Numbered from the stretch's first letter, positions 11,610 to 25,081 are shown. The stretch: DNA of 64,000 bases from Eledone cirrhosa (GCA_964016885.1 OZ024756.1:22568001-22632000), one strand, 5' to 3'. Made by a program: numbers and translations. The notes: a model not told the origin generated them from the sequence alone.

Positions 11610-11940
11610 ATTCTTCTCGTGATCGGGAAGGATAAATCTTAAATCTAGACCGCCATGTTCTGCGACATGGTCACCGCTCCTAGCAAACCTCGGCATTTAA
11701 ATCCGTAATGAAAAGAAGCGGATGATATCCAAACATCAGACATTGATCGACCGCTTCTACTTCGAAACGGTCACCGTTGAGACTCGCAGTGTCTTCAGTC
11801 TCCTGACTGCTGTTTTTCTACACAACATTTGAGTTGAGGGTTGTATCCCGCCCGAGGAATGAGGTCTGTGTGGTAAAATGGATGATACAAGAGTCGCTAG
11901 CTGTTCTCTACGGCAATGCTTTTGCCGTCTTGTCCGTCTG
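11610..11940 (+). mobile_element. CRE-clade non-LTR retrotransposon, restriction-like endonuclease C-terminus (decayed)
   Basis: GKDKS*I*TAMFCD..EKKRMISKHQTLIDRFYFETVTVETRSVFS..FLHNI..WMIQESLAVLYGNAFAVL follows the K..KY..F.P.AVET.G..QR.S.A..RGNA pattern. Confidence 0.7.
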
Positions 11941-12344
11941 TCGTAGCTGAGATATAACTCCTAGAAAAGATTGGAGAATCTGCCCCTCCCGTTCACCTTA
12001 TTCTTTTTTTCATTGCATTTTTTAAAAAATTCTGTCTACTTCTTGTGTGAAAATTCTTACATAAATATTGCATGTGACCATATCTCGAGAACGTTTACTT
12101 TTTGACGTAATGATAAAAGAATATAGAAACTAACGCTTAAAACATGAAAGTTGTCAAGTGTATAATAAAAAAAATATATACGCTTCAAAAATCTTCTGTC
12201 TTAAGACAACTTAAGTGGAATAGATGTCATCTCAAGAACCAAACATTTCAGAAAAATAGCAGTTTTAAAGGAATTTATGTACTTCAATGTTTTCTTATAT
12301 TTTTCAACATAAAGGAGGAATTAGCAGGACTACTGTCAATATAA

Positions 12345-12800
12345 CATATCTCAGGGTTTGATAAATTATGACAACGGTATGATATAAAGTTAAACATAAT
12401 AATATGATATACCTATATGAAAAGGTATCAAAAGAAGTTTAACATAATAATATGATATAACTATATGGCAATTATATGACAAAGGTTTGGTATAAAGTTA
12501 AACATAATAATATGATGTAAGGATATGGCATAAAAATGGGATATAAAATGTGGCAAAATACTGTAACATAACCATTTGATATAATCTTATGCATTAATAA
12601 TATAACATAACGACACATAATAAAAAAAATATTATATAAAGATATGACATTAATATGATATATCGATATCAAAATAACTATATTCTTTAACGAGAGATGC
12701 ATATATCTTGTTATGATGTAATATTTATTTTTACATTATTCATTATTATAATATTATAATAATATTCACTATTACATCATAACATTACAGTAGCATGACG
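12345..12800. repeat. Degenerate AT-rich minisatellite (aaagttaaacataataatatgat)
   Basis: Motif recurs near 12386, 12435 and 12494. Confidence 0.6.
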
Positions 12801-12838
12801 TAATACTTCTTATAAGTATATATCAGTATGGTATAATG

Positions 12839-12894
<56 letters not shown>

Positions 12895-13384
12895 GACATA
12901 ATTATATCATACATAATATGAAGTAGCAGCAGATATAACAAGATTTTTAAAAGATATGTAAAACATACACACGCACAGACGCACACACACGCACACACAT
13001 AGATGCACATATATATATGTACCCTTGTTGTGTTGTCTCATATCTGTTATATTTTTATCCCGAATAGATCCCCTTTTTCAAGGGGCTATTGGTGCGCTGG
13101 TAGTAGTGGTAACGTCTTAGTATCCGAAACTACAAAGACACTCAGAAGACAACTGACGATTGGCAAATCTCCATTTTTTTCCTGTTGTTCAGTGTCATTC
13201 GTTTGGATGTTTGTCCATTTTTGTACTCACCCCACACATCACCACCATACACACACGTACACACACGTACACACAGCACACACACACATGTATATAAACA
13301 TATATATTATAGGTGGGTTTCCGATGTACATCGGGAAGTGGCCACAGTCTAAAAAAAGGGAAAGTATAGGCATATTTATCTAAT

Positions 13385-13729
13385 TATAGAAATTACTTCG
13401 ATAGAAATGATTTCTGACGAATGAAACGGTTCTAGTCCTGTAGAAGTCATTTCTATATTAAAATAAATAAACATATATATATATATAAGTTTATTCCGGG
13501 TTCAATCGGGGGTAACCACAGTAAGTAAGGTACTCAATACAAAGCAGAGTATAAATATTTAGTATAGAAATGGCTTCTACAGGACTAGAACTGTTTCATT
13601 CGGGTACTTGGATAGTCGGCTTCCTGATGATTTCTCCCAAACGGAACAGTTCTAGTCCTGTAGAAGCCATTTCTATATTAAATATTTATACTCTGCTTTG
13701 TATTGAGTAGCTTACTTACTGTGGTTACC

Positions 13730-13732
<3 letters not shown>
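13385..13732. mobile_element. Family A hammerhead elements: partial copy plus palindrome (hammerhead + 13618-13668, GAAA mutated to GGAA)
   Basis: ggcttc CTGATGA..GGAAC ag ttctagtc ct GTA gaagcc; arms ggggtaaccacagtaagtaag / cttacttactgtggttacccc end in (TA)n. Confidence 0.85.
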
Positions 13733-13809
<77 letters not shown>

Positions 13810-13828
13810 GCATCAATGTTTACCGTAA

Positions 13829-13862
<34 letters not shown>

Positions 13863-13864
<2 letters not shown>

Positions 13865-14040
13865 GTTATTCCAGGTTGAATCGGAGATAACCACGGTAAG
13901 TAAGGTACTCAATACATTGCAGAGTATAAAAGTTTTAATATAGATGAGATTCTACAGGTCTAGAACTGTTTCATTCTCTAGAAATCATCAGGAATCCTGA
14001 TGATTTCTAAAGAATGAAACAGTTCTAGTCCTGTAGAATC

Positions 14041-14045
<5 letters not shown>
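13863..14045. mobile_element. Family A palindrome with intact minus-strand hammerhead 13948-13996
   Basis: gattc CTGATGA tttc taga gaat GAAAC ag ttctagac ct GTA gaatc. Confidence 0.85.
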
Positions 14046-14138
<93 letters not shown>

Positions 14139-14166
14139 CTGTAGATATAAGAGTAGCGTATCTTAC

Positions 14167-14363
14167 CTTGTGTAGTCTCCGAGTCAGATATAACAACAAC
14201 ATTTGGAATGTGTGTTATGTCGGGTGAGACCCGGGGTGATGGCAATATGTCGAAGCTCTCATCTTCGCTATCCCCGCCACATAGGGGTAGGAGCTTATTG
14301 TCCTGGGTGTCCTGACTGTTCTCATCAGACAGGTACCCATTATGAGGCGACTGGTCGGGTAAG
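14167..14363 (-). CDS. Candidate internal coding exon (197 nt, phase 2 to 1) of an unidentified gene; acidic, likely disordered peptide
   Basis: Acceptor ttctttcctccattacag, donor CAAG|gtaaga, open frame LPDQSPHNGYLSDENSQDTQDNKLLPLCGGDSEDESFDILPSPRVSPDITHIPNVVVISDSETTQ, GC higher than flanks. Confidence 0.7.
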
Positions 14364-15083
14364 CTGTAATGGAGGAAAGAACATGTTAAAATACTTGCCA
14401 TAATCTTAGACAACATCATAAACAAACTTCTTGCTTTTTCAAAAGAGATGTGTAATTCTACACTGAACAATTAACTTTCATATACGGTCGCTATCAATGG
14501 TAATGCAAGCAGCTACACAGAATCTAGAAATAACAGCAACATCTCTCTCAAATGACACCCATCATCTTCGAAACGTATATTGGAATGTGGTATAGTCTTC
14601 TCTGAACATAGTAAATATACATCTTCGAAAAACATATTTGTCATATTTTAACATTTACCATTACCTCCATTTTACCCACATATTTCGACCATGCTATCCC
14701 TCATCTTATTTATAGCCATATTTCCAGCAGTCATCTCCACTATTTTATTTACCATCTTAACCACTGATTGGAATGTCTTTAATCATATCACCACTTGATC
14801 TGAGCTGACCTGTGACTAAACACCACCAACCGGCACAGTTACACACATTTATACAAAACATGTTTAATGCAGACTCAGCGAATCGTTTGGTGTAATGATA
14901 AGGTATAAGAGAGACTTGGTTGCTGTGTTCCGTTGTGTCAGTTTGTTGGTCGAGGTCGGGCATTGAATGCTCAAAAGCGGTTTCTGCCTAACCCCAGTTT
15001 TATCGTGATAAGCACTCGCATGAGTGTTTGTATTTGAATGAGGTAGAGCAAGATAAATAGAGACAGAGAGAGAGAGAGAGAGA

Positions 15084-15150
<67 letters not shown>

Positions 15151-15197
15151 ATGGTTCAAGTGGGAGATAGATATAGATAGATAGAGAGAGAGAGAGG

Positions 15198-15257
<60 letters not shown>

Positions 15258-15789
15258 GAGAGTAAGGATTCAAGAGAGAACCTACACACTAGAAAGAACG
15301 ACACACTTTTGAAGTAACATTCACTGCTGATTATCGATGTCTATTTATTTCAAACTGTGGCGTAGATAATTAAATTTCGTCATGCCATTACCACCAGCTC
15401 TACCAGCACTACCACAACGCAATCAGCGCTTTACGCAACTAAACGCTTGAAGTGGGGTTGAGTTGGATACGTTTGAAAGGATTCTGCAATCTCCTTTCCA
15501 CTTAACTTTTGCGGTTTTCACACCTGAGAGATTTTAAAATGTTAGTTTCACATTGAAATGCATTTTTAAATACTGCTCTGAAATGCAACAAGAACTTGCA
15601 GCTGTTAAAAATGGATCAGCTGCAGTATAAATGTTTCAGGTATGAAACGTAATGATATGGTGATGTTGTGCGTTTCTGGGTGGTGTTTAGCATGAAGAAT
15701 GAACGTGTAGGTTGGTTAGGTTTGGCAGCATAATTTAGCATAATATTTGAGTAGGATTAAAAGTGATTCCTCTCATCGGCGGTTTTTTA

Positions 15790-15839
<50 letters not shown>

Positions 15840-16102
15840 GGGGGTGTAAACAATAAAATATAGTAGCAGTAGTAATAGTGGTGGTGGTGGTGGTGGTGAT
15901 GGTGGTCGTGGTGAGGTTGGTGGTGGTGATAGTATTATTACTATCAGTACTTTACTGGTACTCTACTTTCTCAGACTCGGAAGAAGAAGAAGAAGAAGAA
16001 GAAGAAGAAGAAGAAGAAGAAGAAGAAGAAGAATTCGCGAACAATTAAAACTTATACAAAGCCTATGAACACAAAATCTCATATATATATATATATATAT
16101 AT

Positions 16103-16447
16103 GAATATTAAAATAATGAAATTAAACACAAAACTGTCAATTCATAGTAAAACTCATTATTTTACGACCGTTTCTGGGGGGTAGTTCCCTGCATGTTCAT
16201 TCAATTATTGATCTATGTAAAATATATTACAAAATATCATAGTAAGAAAAAGTACATACGTCTTTACTCACCGCCGTCTTCAGAAAAGACGTATGTACTT
16301 TTTCTTACTATGATATTTTGTAATATATTTTACATAGATCAATAATTGAATGAACATGCAGGGAACTACCCCCCAGAAACGGTCGTAAAATAATGAGTTT
16401 TACTATGAATTGACAGTTTTGTGTTTAATTTAATTGTTTTAATATTC
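16103..16447. mobile_element. Palindromic element with ~160-bp arms; candidate minus-strand hammerhead 16160-16286 with ~100-nt stem II domain
   Basis: ttt CTGAAGA cgg..cca GAAAC ggtc GTA aaa; arms near-identical; outer ends run toward (TA)n. Confidence 0.65.
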
Positions 16448-16578
16448 CTATTTTGACTCTGTATCCAACTGAATTCGTTGAAAATGTTTGTATTTTAAAC
16501 TTTGCTTCACGACACCTATATACGGATTACATTGAGTTCTTCATACGGGTTAGACCCTACCGTTGAGTGGTAGATTTA

Positions 16579-16642
<64 letters not shown>

Positions 16643-17091
16643 CAACATTATATCAAGGATGTCATGTCTGAGAATATCAGAATCATGCGCCATACCACCT
16701 GTGGAATATGCTAGAAGATTCCAAGTAGTAAATTCGAGCATTTATATTAAATCAATAGATATATAAAATAAACACATCAAACAATTACAAGGGAGGATTT
16801 GTAAAGAGCGTAACCACACATAGTTACGCGGGTAACATATTAAAAATTAAACAAGAACTTTGAATATATATATTTTAATTTTATATATATATATATATAT
16901 ATTAATACAATAACAGAGAAAGCTTTACGCTGGTAACCATCTTTACTGGTAACCATCTCACTCAACAAACATTAGGTTATACGTTAGTATAAACCCAATT
17001 TAGTGTCTGGGGTGCTAACTATATGTATTTTGTGGAAAGCCAGTTGTATTATTTTATATGAGATATAATTAAAATTAAAATATATCTCTCT

Positions 17092-17216
17092 TTCCAAACA
17101 ATTGTTTCATTATAAGTATACTACAAGTTGGGAGAATATTTCCAGTTTATGTAGAAGCCTAATATATTTTCATGTAAGAATACAATTTGGTGGGCACTTA
17201 TAAATCGTCAGTGGAA
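17092..17216 (-). ncRNA. Intact type I hammerhead with ~78-nt loop II
   Basis: ttcca CTGACGA t ttataagt..acttataa t GAAAC aatt GTT tggaa. Confidence 0.85.
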
Positions 17217-17261
17217 GCCCAAGTATATATATATATATAGATATATATATATGTATGTATA

Positions 17262-17447
17262 AAGGTAGAAGACTGGACGGTAGAGCACTCAGTCCATGGG
17301 ACGAGTTTGGTAGAAGTAGTAAAACAGCAGATAGTTCACCATACCGAGAACCATTCTTTCACATTATGCGGATCAGTCCGAGCTGAAGATCCGCACAAGA
17401 GGAAACAATTGTTCTCGCTACAGTGAACTAACTGTTGTGTTTCTACT

Positions 17448-17450
<3 letters not shown>
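17262..17450. mobile_element. Family E palindromic element; hammerhead + 17379-17417
   Basis: cgag CTGAAGA tccgcacaagag GAAAC aatt GTT ctcg; homolog at 34685-34838. Confidence 0.75.
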
Positions 17451-17532
<82 letters not shown>

Positions 17533-17712
17533 ATCGTAGTAGAGAAGACCAAAAATTGTAAAAGAGTATATTAGGGCAGATTAAAATGTTGGTACATTAT
17601 AGTAACACAAAATAAGATAAACTCCACGAACCAAATTATCGTCTTCCTGTTTTATTTCGGTTGCAACATTTTACGAAATATTTACTTCTGCGATCACAGA
17701 TTGATTTTTTTT

Positions 17713-17763
17713 AGTTTCAGAAGATCCCGTTAAGGCTGAAAGCAGCGATTCTTTGCTTAAACT
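17713..17763 (+). ncRNA. Family B hammerhead (CAGAAGA core)
   Basis: agttt CAGAAGA tccc gttaa ggct GAAA gca gcgattctt tgc TT aaact. Confidence 0.7.
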
Positions 17764-17789
17764 TTAATCTGTTATTTTAATATATATAT

Positions 17790-17890
17790 AGTAGAGTGGG
17801 TAATATGAAGAATTCGAGTCCCCGACGGCAGAGTTTGGATCTAGCTGTTGAAACGTCAGGAGATCAGCCGTCGGGCTCCCGAATCTTTCA
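17790..17890. mobile_element. Family D variant palindrome
   Basis: cccgacggc..gccgtcggg arms; related to 30.87-31.07 and 59.09-59.15 kb. Confidence 0.6.
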
Positions 17891-18380
17891 TGTGTGTGTA
17901 TATATATATGTGTGTATATATGTGTATATATGTGTGTGTATGCGCGTTCATACCTTATACACACATGTTGTACCCATACTACTCTACAGATTGAGCTACA
18001 ATAACATCATCCATAAAGCGCAGACAGAAAAAATCGAAGGAGACATCATTTGCGGTATTAGTAAAAGTAAAAACTAAAATTTAAAAAAACGCATAAAATA
18101 TTTGTTTTTATTATTTCCTGCACATATGTTGTTGCAAGTCATTCTCATAAAATATACAACTGCGTTCAGTTCTGCTCGTTTATTTGTTTTGATTTTTCAT
18201 TTATATTGATTTAGTTTTTTCTGTAAGATGTTTCTGTAAATTTAAAATTTAATGTTTTTTAAACTCCACACATATATCGCTGAATATATTCCAAGATGGA
18301 ATTTTCAAGTACTGCAGATATCTTCCGGCGTATTTTAGAGACAGGAATCGGAGCATTGAATTATATGGATGTGATTGTGA

Positions 18381-18411
<31 letters not shown>

Positions 18412-18494
18412 ATCCAAGTTCTTTCGTCACACATCTGTGACGTCACTGTGTTACTATTGTGTTTCCTCTCGTTGTATTGTAATGCCTATGCCAT

Positions 18495-18624
<130 letters not shown>

Positions 18625-18813
18625 AAATAGTTGAGACGAGTTGATAACACAAACATATACGGCAAAGAATAATTCGAAAATCAAAGTCCGGGCATAGTTG
18701 GTAAATAAATATGATATTTATGTTGTTTTATGGAAGTCAGTACAGAGGAAAAAATGGATTTCTTATTGTATTGATAGAAACGTTTGTAAATCAATTTATT
18801 CATTATATATATA

Positions 18814-18870
<57 letters not shown>

Positions 18871-18872
<2 letters not shown>

Positions 18873-19905
18873 CAAAATAATTAATGAAAGAGTTACAAGC
18901 CGTTTAAACATATCTTTATAAAGCTCTTACACATGTTTCGCCTAATGGGGCTCGTCTGAAGCAGATATTAAGGCAAAGTTTTTAATTAAATACCCTATTC
19001 GGGTAGAATAATACTTTAACATCAGAATGCATATTACATATACGTTGTTGAGTATAAAAGCTGCCAACTCTGCATAATGGAACTATACTATATAGTGCAA
19101 GCACCCCAGGACCTCATGCATAGTCGGGCTGAAACTGTCATCAATTGCGGCCACCCACTGCAACAATCTTCCTATAGATGGACGCCAACAACTACATAAC
19201 CACCATATCACCTGATACTCTGAATACCACACCCTGGCCTGACTTACCAGCGGCAGACGTACCATTAAACAACTTGGAACAACACCATCATCCACCCTCT
19301 GTTTTCTCTCCAGGAAGCTGCACTGCATATATTCAGCTGGGCTTACCCCGCTATATTTTTCCACACGGCCAGACAGATCTTTGGGTAATTTTACAGAACT
19401 GCCGCTTACACCCAAGCAACTTCTTAGACAACTGATCATATAAATATTAAATGTTCCACCTAAAGTGACTTTACCTCTCCACGCCTTCAAATTCACTCCG
19501 AACTTGCCACTTTGCACTAGTTAAACCTGTGTAGAGTTTTTAATGACTTTACTAATAATTCATACTCACACCTTAACACCGCCTCATTACATTGAGTTGA
19601 CTAACCCTGCGTACGTTAAATCCCTTTAAATAATAAATAACATTTCTTTCTAGCGGTCATTAGTTTGAGAAGTAGCATTACACCAGCACCGGTAATTACA
19701 TTCTTTCCACCATTTTTTTAATACTCAACAACGTATATGTAATATGCATTCTGATGTTAAAGTATTATTCTACCCGAATAGGGTATTTAATTAAAAACTC
19801 TGCCTTAATATCTGCCTCAGACGAGCCCCATTGGGCGAAACATGTGTAAGAGCTTTATAAAGATGTGTTTTAACGGCTTGTAACCCTTTAATTATTTATT
19901 TTGCT
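18871..19905. mobile_element. PLE-like insertion with ~185-bp inverted arms, each carrying a CAGACGA-core hammerhead (- 18923-18962, + 19814-19853)
   Basis: CAGACGA gccc catt gggc GAAAC atgt GTA agagc; arms 18871-19054 and 19721-19905 around a ~670-bp interior. Confidence 0.75.
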
Positions 19906-20152
19906 TATCAGCGCTCTGCTTATTCTTGTAAACTAAATATTAACCTTCTCTAATATTTAACCCTGATAACCCAAGCATCGAGCACTTATACACCCGCTTT
20001 TGGCATGTAATACTCTGTATCGCATCTCTTTATACCTCTTCTTTCTATCCTCTTTTACGATACTGTAACTTTTTATTATATATATATATATATAATGGAT
20101 TCTTCCTAACAAGTCATCTCCAATCGATCCTTTAAGTCTCTCACAGAGACAC

Positions 20153-20192
20153 TCCCTCGATAAGGGGTTTTTAAACCCGAAAATATTAGGGA
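20153..20192 (+). ncRNA. Candidate variant hammerhead (U3-A8, C4, extra G after A9)
   Basis: tccc TCGATAA g gggttt tt aaaccc GAAA atat TA ggga. Confidence 0.45.
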
Positions 20193-20394
20193 TTATTAAA
20201 TTTGCTAAGGTAAGATTCCATTGTTATCTTGGCATTTTAATTTTCTAGGGCATTGTATGGTTTTCAAAATTATTTAATATATATATATATAAAGAGAGAG
20301 AGAAAGAGCGAGAGGGAGAGGAAGAGAGAGAAAGTAGAATCGAAGTCAGTGATACAGCATATGTACAAACATAGTTACACATCTAAGTAACACA

Positions 20395-20461
<67 letters not shown>

Positions 20462-21097
20462 TCCTGTGTATGCGTATGTATTACGTATGTGTGTGTATGT
20501 GTGTTTGTGTATGAATGTATGCATTATATATGTGCGTATATATATGCATGAGTGTATGTATGAATGCATGTATGTCGGTGTACATTTCATCAAATGTCTT
20601 TTAGCGATAGAAATGCATATATATTTTTTTGTTTGATCGTGTTAGCGTGTGTATGTCTGCGTACATTTTTGTGCGAGTGTGTCTATGTGTTTATACACAC
20701 ATACACACATACACACGTGTATATGAATTTCAGCACGAAATATTTCTTCCGTGTATTTGGCTTAAAGAGATGAAACATATGATTCCTCGTCTCCTAGCTA
20801 CTCTACTATTATCTGTCAATCTACTTCCGTTTTCTGTTGCAAAATATGTGTGTAAACATAAAAGTTATTGATTTTTAACTAACATTAGAAACAACAACAA
20901 CAACAATAACAACAACAATAACAAGAAAGAAAACTACAACAGCGGTAATTATATTCACCGAATAGATAAGGTCTCTGTAGTTCCTGTTCAGTCTTAACTA
21001 ATGCGTATATGAAATATGCTCGAATGGTTACGAAGTCCGCTTCGCGATCATTAAGATCTCATGTTCGTTCCTACTACGTAGTAAAAAAGGCAAGTAT

Positions 21098-21455
21098 TGT
21101 CACTGCTGCTGTCGTTGCCTTTCTCTGGTTAATGGTAGTGGCAGTAATTGCTGGTATGATGTTGGTGTATACATATATGTTGTTGTTGCTGGTGTTGTTA
21201 TTGACACTGCTGCTGTCGTTGCCTTTCTCTGGTTAATGGTAGTGGCAGTAATTGCTGGTATGATGTTGGTGTATACATATATGTTGTTGTTGCTGCTGTT
21301 GTTACTGTCACTGCTGCTGTCGTTGCCTTCCTCTGGTTAATGGTAGTGGTAGTAATTGCTGGTATGATGTTGGTGTATACATATATGTTGTTGTTGCTGG
21401 TGTTGTTATTGTCACTGCTGTATCATTGTCTTCCTCTGGTTAATGGTAGTGGTAG
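21098..21455. repeat. 104-bp tandem repeat, ~3.5 copies
   Basis: cactgctg unit starts at 21101, 21205, 21309, 21413. Confidence 0.9.
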
Positions 21456-21939
21456 TTGATACTGCTAACCTATTTCGGCTGCCAGGCTGGTTACTGAAGC
21501 TCGAATGCCTTCTTTGACCGAATATGTGGGGTCATTGGCTATCGCCAGGAGTTTGGTGCTAACACATATTGTGGGTGTTATTTTGGGAAGGGACTGTAGC
21601 GTTATTTACTCTCATTTTGAAAATTATTGAAGTTAATGAACTAACGTTACATATATGCGATAGTTTAATATGGTAACTTTGAAAAGAATGAAAAGAATGG
21701 ATGTTAGTGATACAAGATGTTTACAATTACAGAATGTTTACATTACTGGTCCTGGATTCTATCAAGTGGTCAAAGCTTTTAATTCTGTGAAATAAAATGG
21801 AAGTATGAATTGACCTTTCAGTTACACCTCTCTATAACTAGATTCAGGTTATTTCAAGAGGGAGGTGGGGTAGTGCCATGTGTTATCTCTTCTTGTGAAG
21901 CTAGTGCCAATTCCTCTCGGATCGACCCATGTCGTGTTA

Positions 21940-22190
21940 GTGAAATTTGACAGACCGGGATTGTTTGGAAGATCGTACAATGGACTGTATGAACTGGCAA
22001 AAATGAGTTATATCTGTACTTGGAAAAGCCAGCCTTTTCACAATCTGTGTGAAACTGAATCTCCCTGAGAACAATATTAATGTTGAGCGTGTCTGTGGAA
22101 TGTTCAGCCACTTGCATGTTAATTTCATGAGTAGACCGTTCTGTTGATCTTATCAACTGTAATAATTGTGGTTGTAACCGAACGAGTGCC
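21940..22190 (-). mobile_element. SINE family 2 3' body fragment
   Basis: gaatctccctgagaac, cacttgcatgttaatttcatgag shared with 26.8 and 37.2-37.3 kb. Confidence 0.55.
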
Positions 22191-22689
22191 AGTGTTTTTT
22201 ACGCTACAAAGTACATATCAATGGTGTAGCTTTTCTTTCGTTCTTTTGTATCGACATATCTCACGAGATCGTTTATCTGCAGTTGGTAATTCTGCTTGGT
22301 TCTGCTTTACCTGAAATTGACGTCGAACTGTCAGGCAAAATACACATTCTCTACTGCAATCAATAATTATTTAATTATATATAATACAAATTACAGATTT
22401 GTTTCACCTGCAATTCTTCTACTAATCAGCCATTGACCTTTGCGTTACTACATTTCTAATGAAATATACTGTCTATAAGTTTCAATTAATTTTAAAGAAA
22501 TCAAGAATTTGGAGGATTTAATAATGTATGCTTCTTCTTATTTAGCTAGTATTTGAAATATAGGTTTTTTACATAAAATGTTAATGGAAGGTTCTTGAAT
22601 ACATACTAACTCTAACAATAAACAAAAATAATCTCTATTATAGAGACACGAACGGTTTCAAGCAGTGTGGTAACGAAGGATGGATAGTC

Positions 22690-22995
22690 CCTAAACTTGG
22701 TGGAGTCGTAGAGGCGCCATATTGATAAATGGCATTTCTTGGGCATTTTTAAGCCTGTCAGAGCCCATCCCTCTCCAGGTTTGAATGCAGAAGATTTCTT
22801 CCAGGGAAAGATAGAAAGTGAGAGAAAGGAAGTAAGAAAGAGATGCAGAGGAAGAATCGACTCCAGTATTAGACTGGTACTTTTTTTTTATTGACTTCGA
22901 AAGGATGAAAAAAAAGATGAGCTCACCGGGATTTGAACATAGAAAGCATAGAACCGAAACAAATAACACAAAGTACTCTATCAGATATTTCAACG
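22690..22995 (-). mobile_element. Old SINE family 1-related copy with extended 3' part (paralog at 60.7-61.0 kb)
   Basis: gaagaatcgactccagta..aaggatgaaa..gggatttgaac; similar to 60800-60990. Confidence 0.6.
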
Positions 22996-23362
22996 AATCT
23001 GACTATTTCTCACATTAGTTGAGTATCGAAAGTGTATACAAATTACTTCATCTCTCCATGAGTCCGGGAAGCAATTTAATAGAATTCAGCTCACTACATC
23101 GTCTATATATATTAGGAACTACTTTGCTGTTAAGCGTTCATGTAGCAGGTGTCTCTCTGTATTTTCATTCCAACTATTCTTTTAGGACGGACATGTATGC
23201 GTGTGATGAAATAATTTGACATAAAACTAAGTACGAACATTTGACAAACGATTTTAGTAATTTACTGAACACTATATTCAATATCATCAAGGAAAGAAAG
23301 AGTCACTTAAAACTATCTCTCTCTCTCTTTCTCACACACAAATCCCCCCCCCTCCAATACCC

Positions 23363-23364
<2 letters not shown>

Positions 23365-23430
<66 letters not shown>

Positions 23431-23490
23431 ATCTGTGTGTCTGTGTATATATATATATATATATAATATAGATATAAACATACACACACT

Positions 23491-23547
<57 letters not shown>

Positions 23548-23564
23548 GTATATATATATATACG

Positions 23565-23634
<70 letters not shown>

Positions 23635-23877
23635 TTGTAATAAAATGAAAACGAAATTTCATTTCTCATACATACATACTTACATATATATATATATATA
23701 TATATATACGTATATATATATACGTATATTGTATGTATAAAAACATATATAAACATATATATATACATATATATATATATATACGTATATTGTATATATA
23801 AAAACATATATAAACATATATATATATATACATATATATATACGTATATTGTATATATAAAAACATATATAAACATA

Positions 23878-23917
<40 letters not shown>

Positions 23918-23932
23918 CATACATATATATAT

Positions 23933-23975
<43 letters not shown>

Positions 23976-24050
23976 TATATACACATATATATATATATAT
24001 ATATATATAAACACATACATATATATATTTATATATATATATATATACAC

Positions 24051-24135
<85 letters not shown>
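23365..24135. repeat. Compound (TA)n/(CA)n/(GA)n tract with three internal copies of tacgtatattgtat..aaaaacatatataaac
   Basis: Direct reading. Confidence 0.9.
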
Positions 24136-24141
<6 letters not shown>

Positions 24142-24487
24142 CACATATACACACTTATACAGAGACACACACTCAGTATATGTAAGAATACCGTCAGCAG
24201 AGAGATGATGAACGAGAGCCAGTATAGAGAAAGATTAGTAGAAGGTTCCGGTTGTGTTTGCAAGTTAAGTGTCGTTTGTCACTATACGTGTGAGAGATTG
24301 TCATTTTGTTTAGATATTTTTACTCACTTTTTACTTTCCTTGTAAGTGATTTTTATCGATCTACATCGATTTATATTTGATCCGACACTGAACAGAAGCT
24401 AAGAAATTGGTTTTTACTGTGCTTCTTTCTTTATTTCAATATATACAACTACATACGCATATGTATATACATACATATATATATATA

Positions 24488-24548
<61 letters not shown>

Positions 24549-24603
24549 TTACCTACACACACATACGCAAGTATGAACAAGTAAAAACATATATTTGCCT
24601 AAG

Positions 24604-24703
<100 letters not shown>

Positions 24704-24747
24704 CAATTTATTAATAAATGGAAACTATATTTATAAAACCATAATTA

Positions 24748-24810
24748 TTTTATTATATATATATTTCAATGGCAACCAAGGCGATTTTGGTGCGCTTTCA
24801 TCAGATAAAA
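24748..24810 (-). ncRNA. Type I hammerhead in a palindromic element (palindrome centre ~24875)
   Basis: ttttat CTGATGA aa..tt GAAA tatatata TA ataaaa; decayed homolog at 39.13-39.27 kb. Confidence 0.7.
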
Positions 24811-25038
24811 TACAAAATATGTTTTATAAATGTTGAGATACCCGTAGAAAAAGAACCTATGAAGGTTCGCTGGATACTTCACTCTCCAGCGAACCTTCAA
24901 CCGTCAAGGTTGTTTTTCTACGGGTATCTCAACATTTATAAAACATATTTTGTATTTTATCTGATGAAATCGCACACAGAAACAAGATGGCGTAGGACAG
25001 AACAAAGGAGAGGCACAAAAACAAAGAAAAGAATCCCA

Positions 25039-25081
25039 GTCACTGAAGAGGTCACAGAATGTGTGACGAAAGAACTTTGAC
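25039..25081 (+). ncRNA. Minimal type I hammerhead with extra G after A9
   Basis: gtca CTGAAGA g gtcaca gaatg tgtgac GAAA g aa c TT tgac; partial homolog at 18415-18445 (-). Confidence 0.75.

Noticed and set aside
14757-14990. Possible exon ETAFEHSMPDLDQQTDTTEHSNQ
   Set aside because: No convincing polypyrimidine acceptor or donor
18740-18795. CAGAGGA..GAAAC gttt GTA motif (similarly 45039-45098 and 39642-39700)
   Set aside because: Stems I and II cannot be paired; too decayed to call
21009-21236. Membrane-protein-like ORF
   Set aside because: Hydrophobic part derives from the 104-bp tandem repeat
22215-22335. Possible minus-strand exon
   Set aside because: Splice-like sites present, but no frame is consistent with both boundaries
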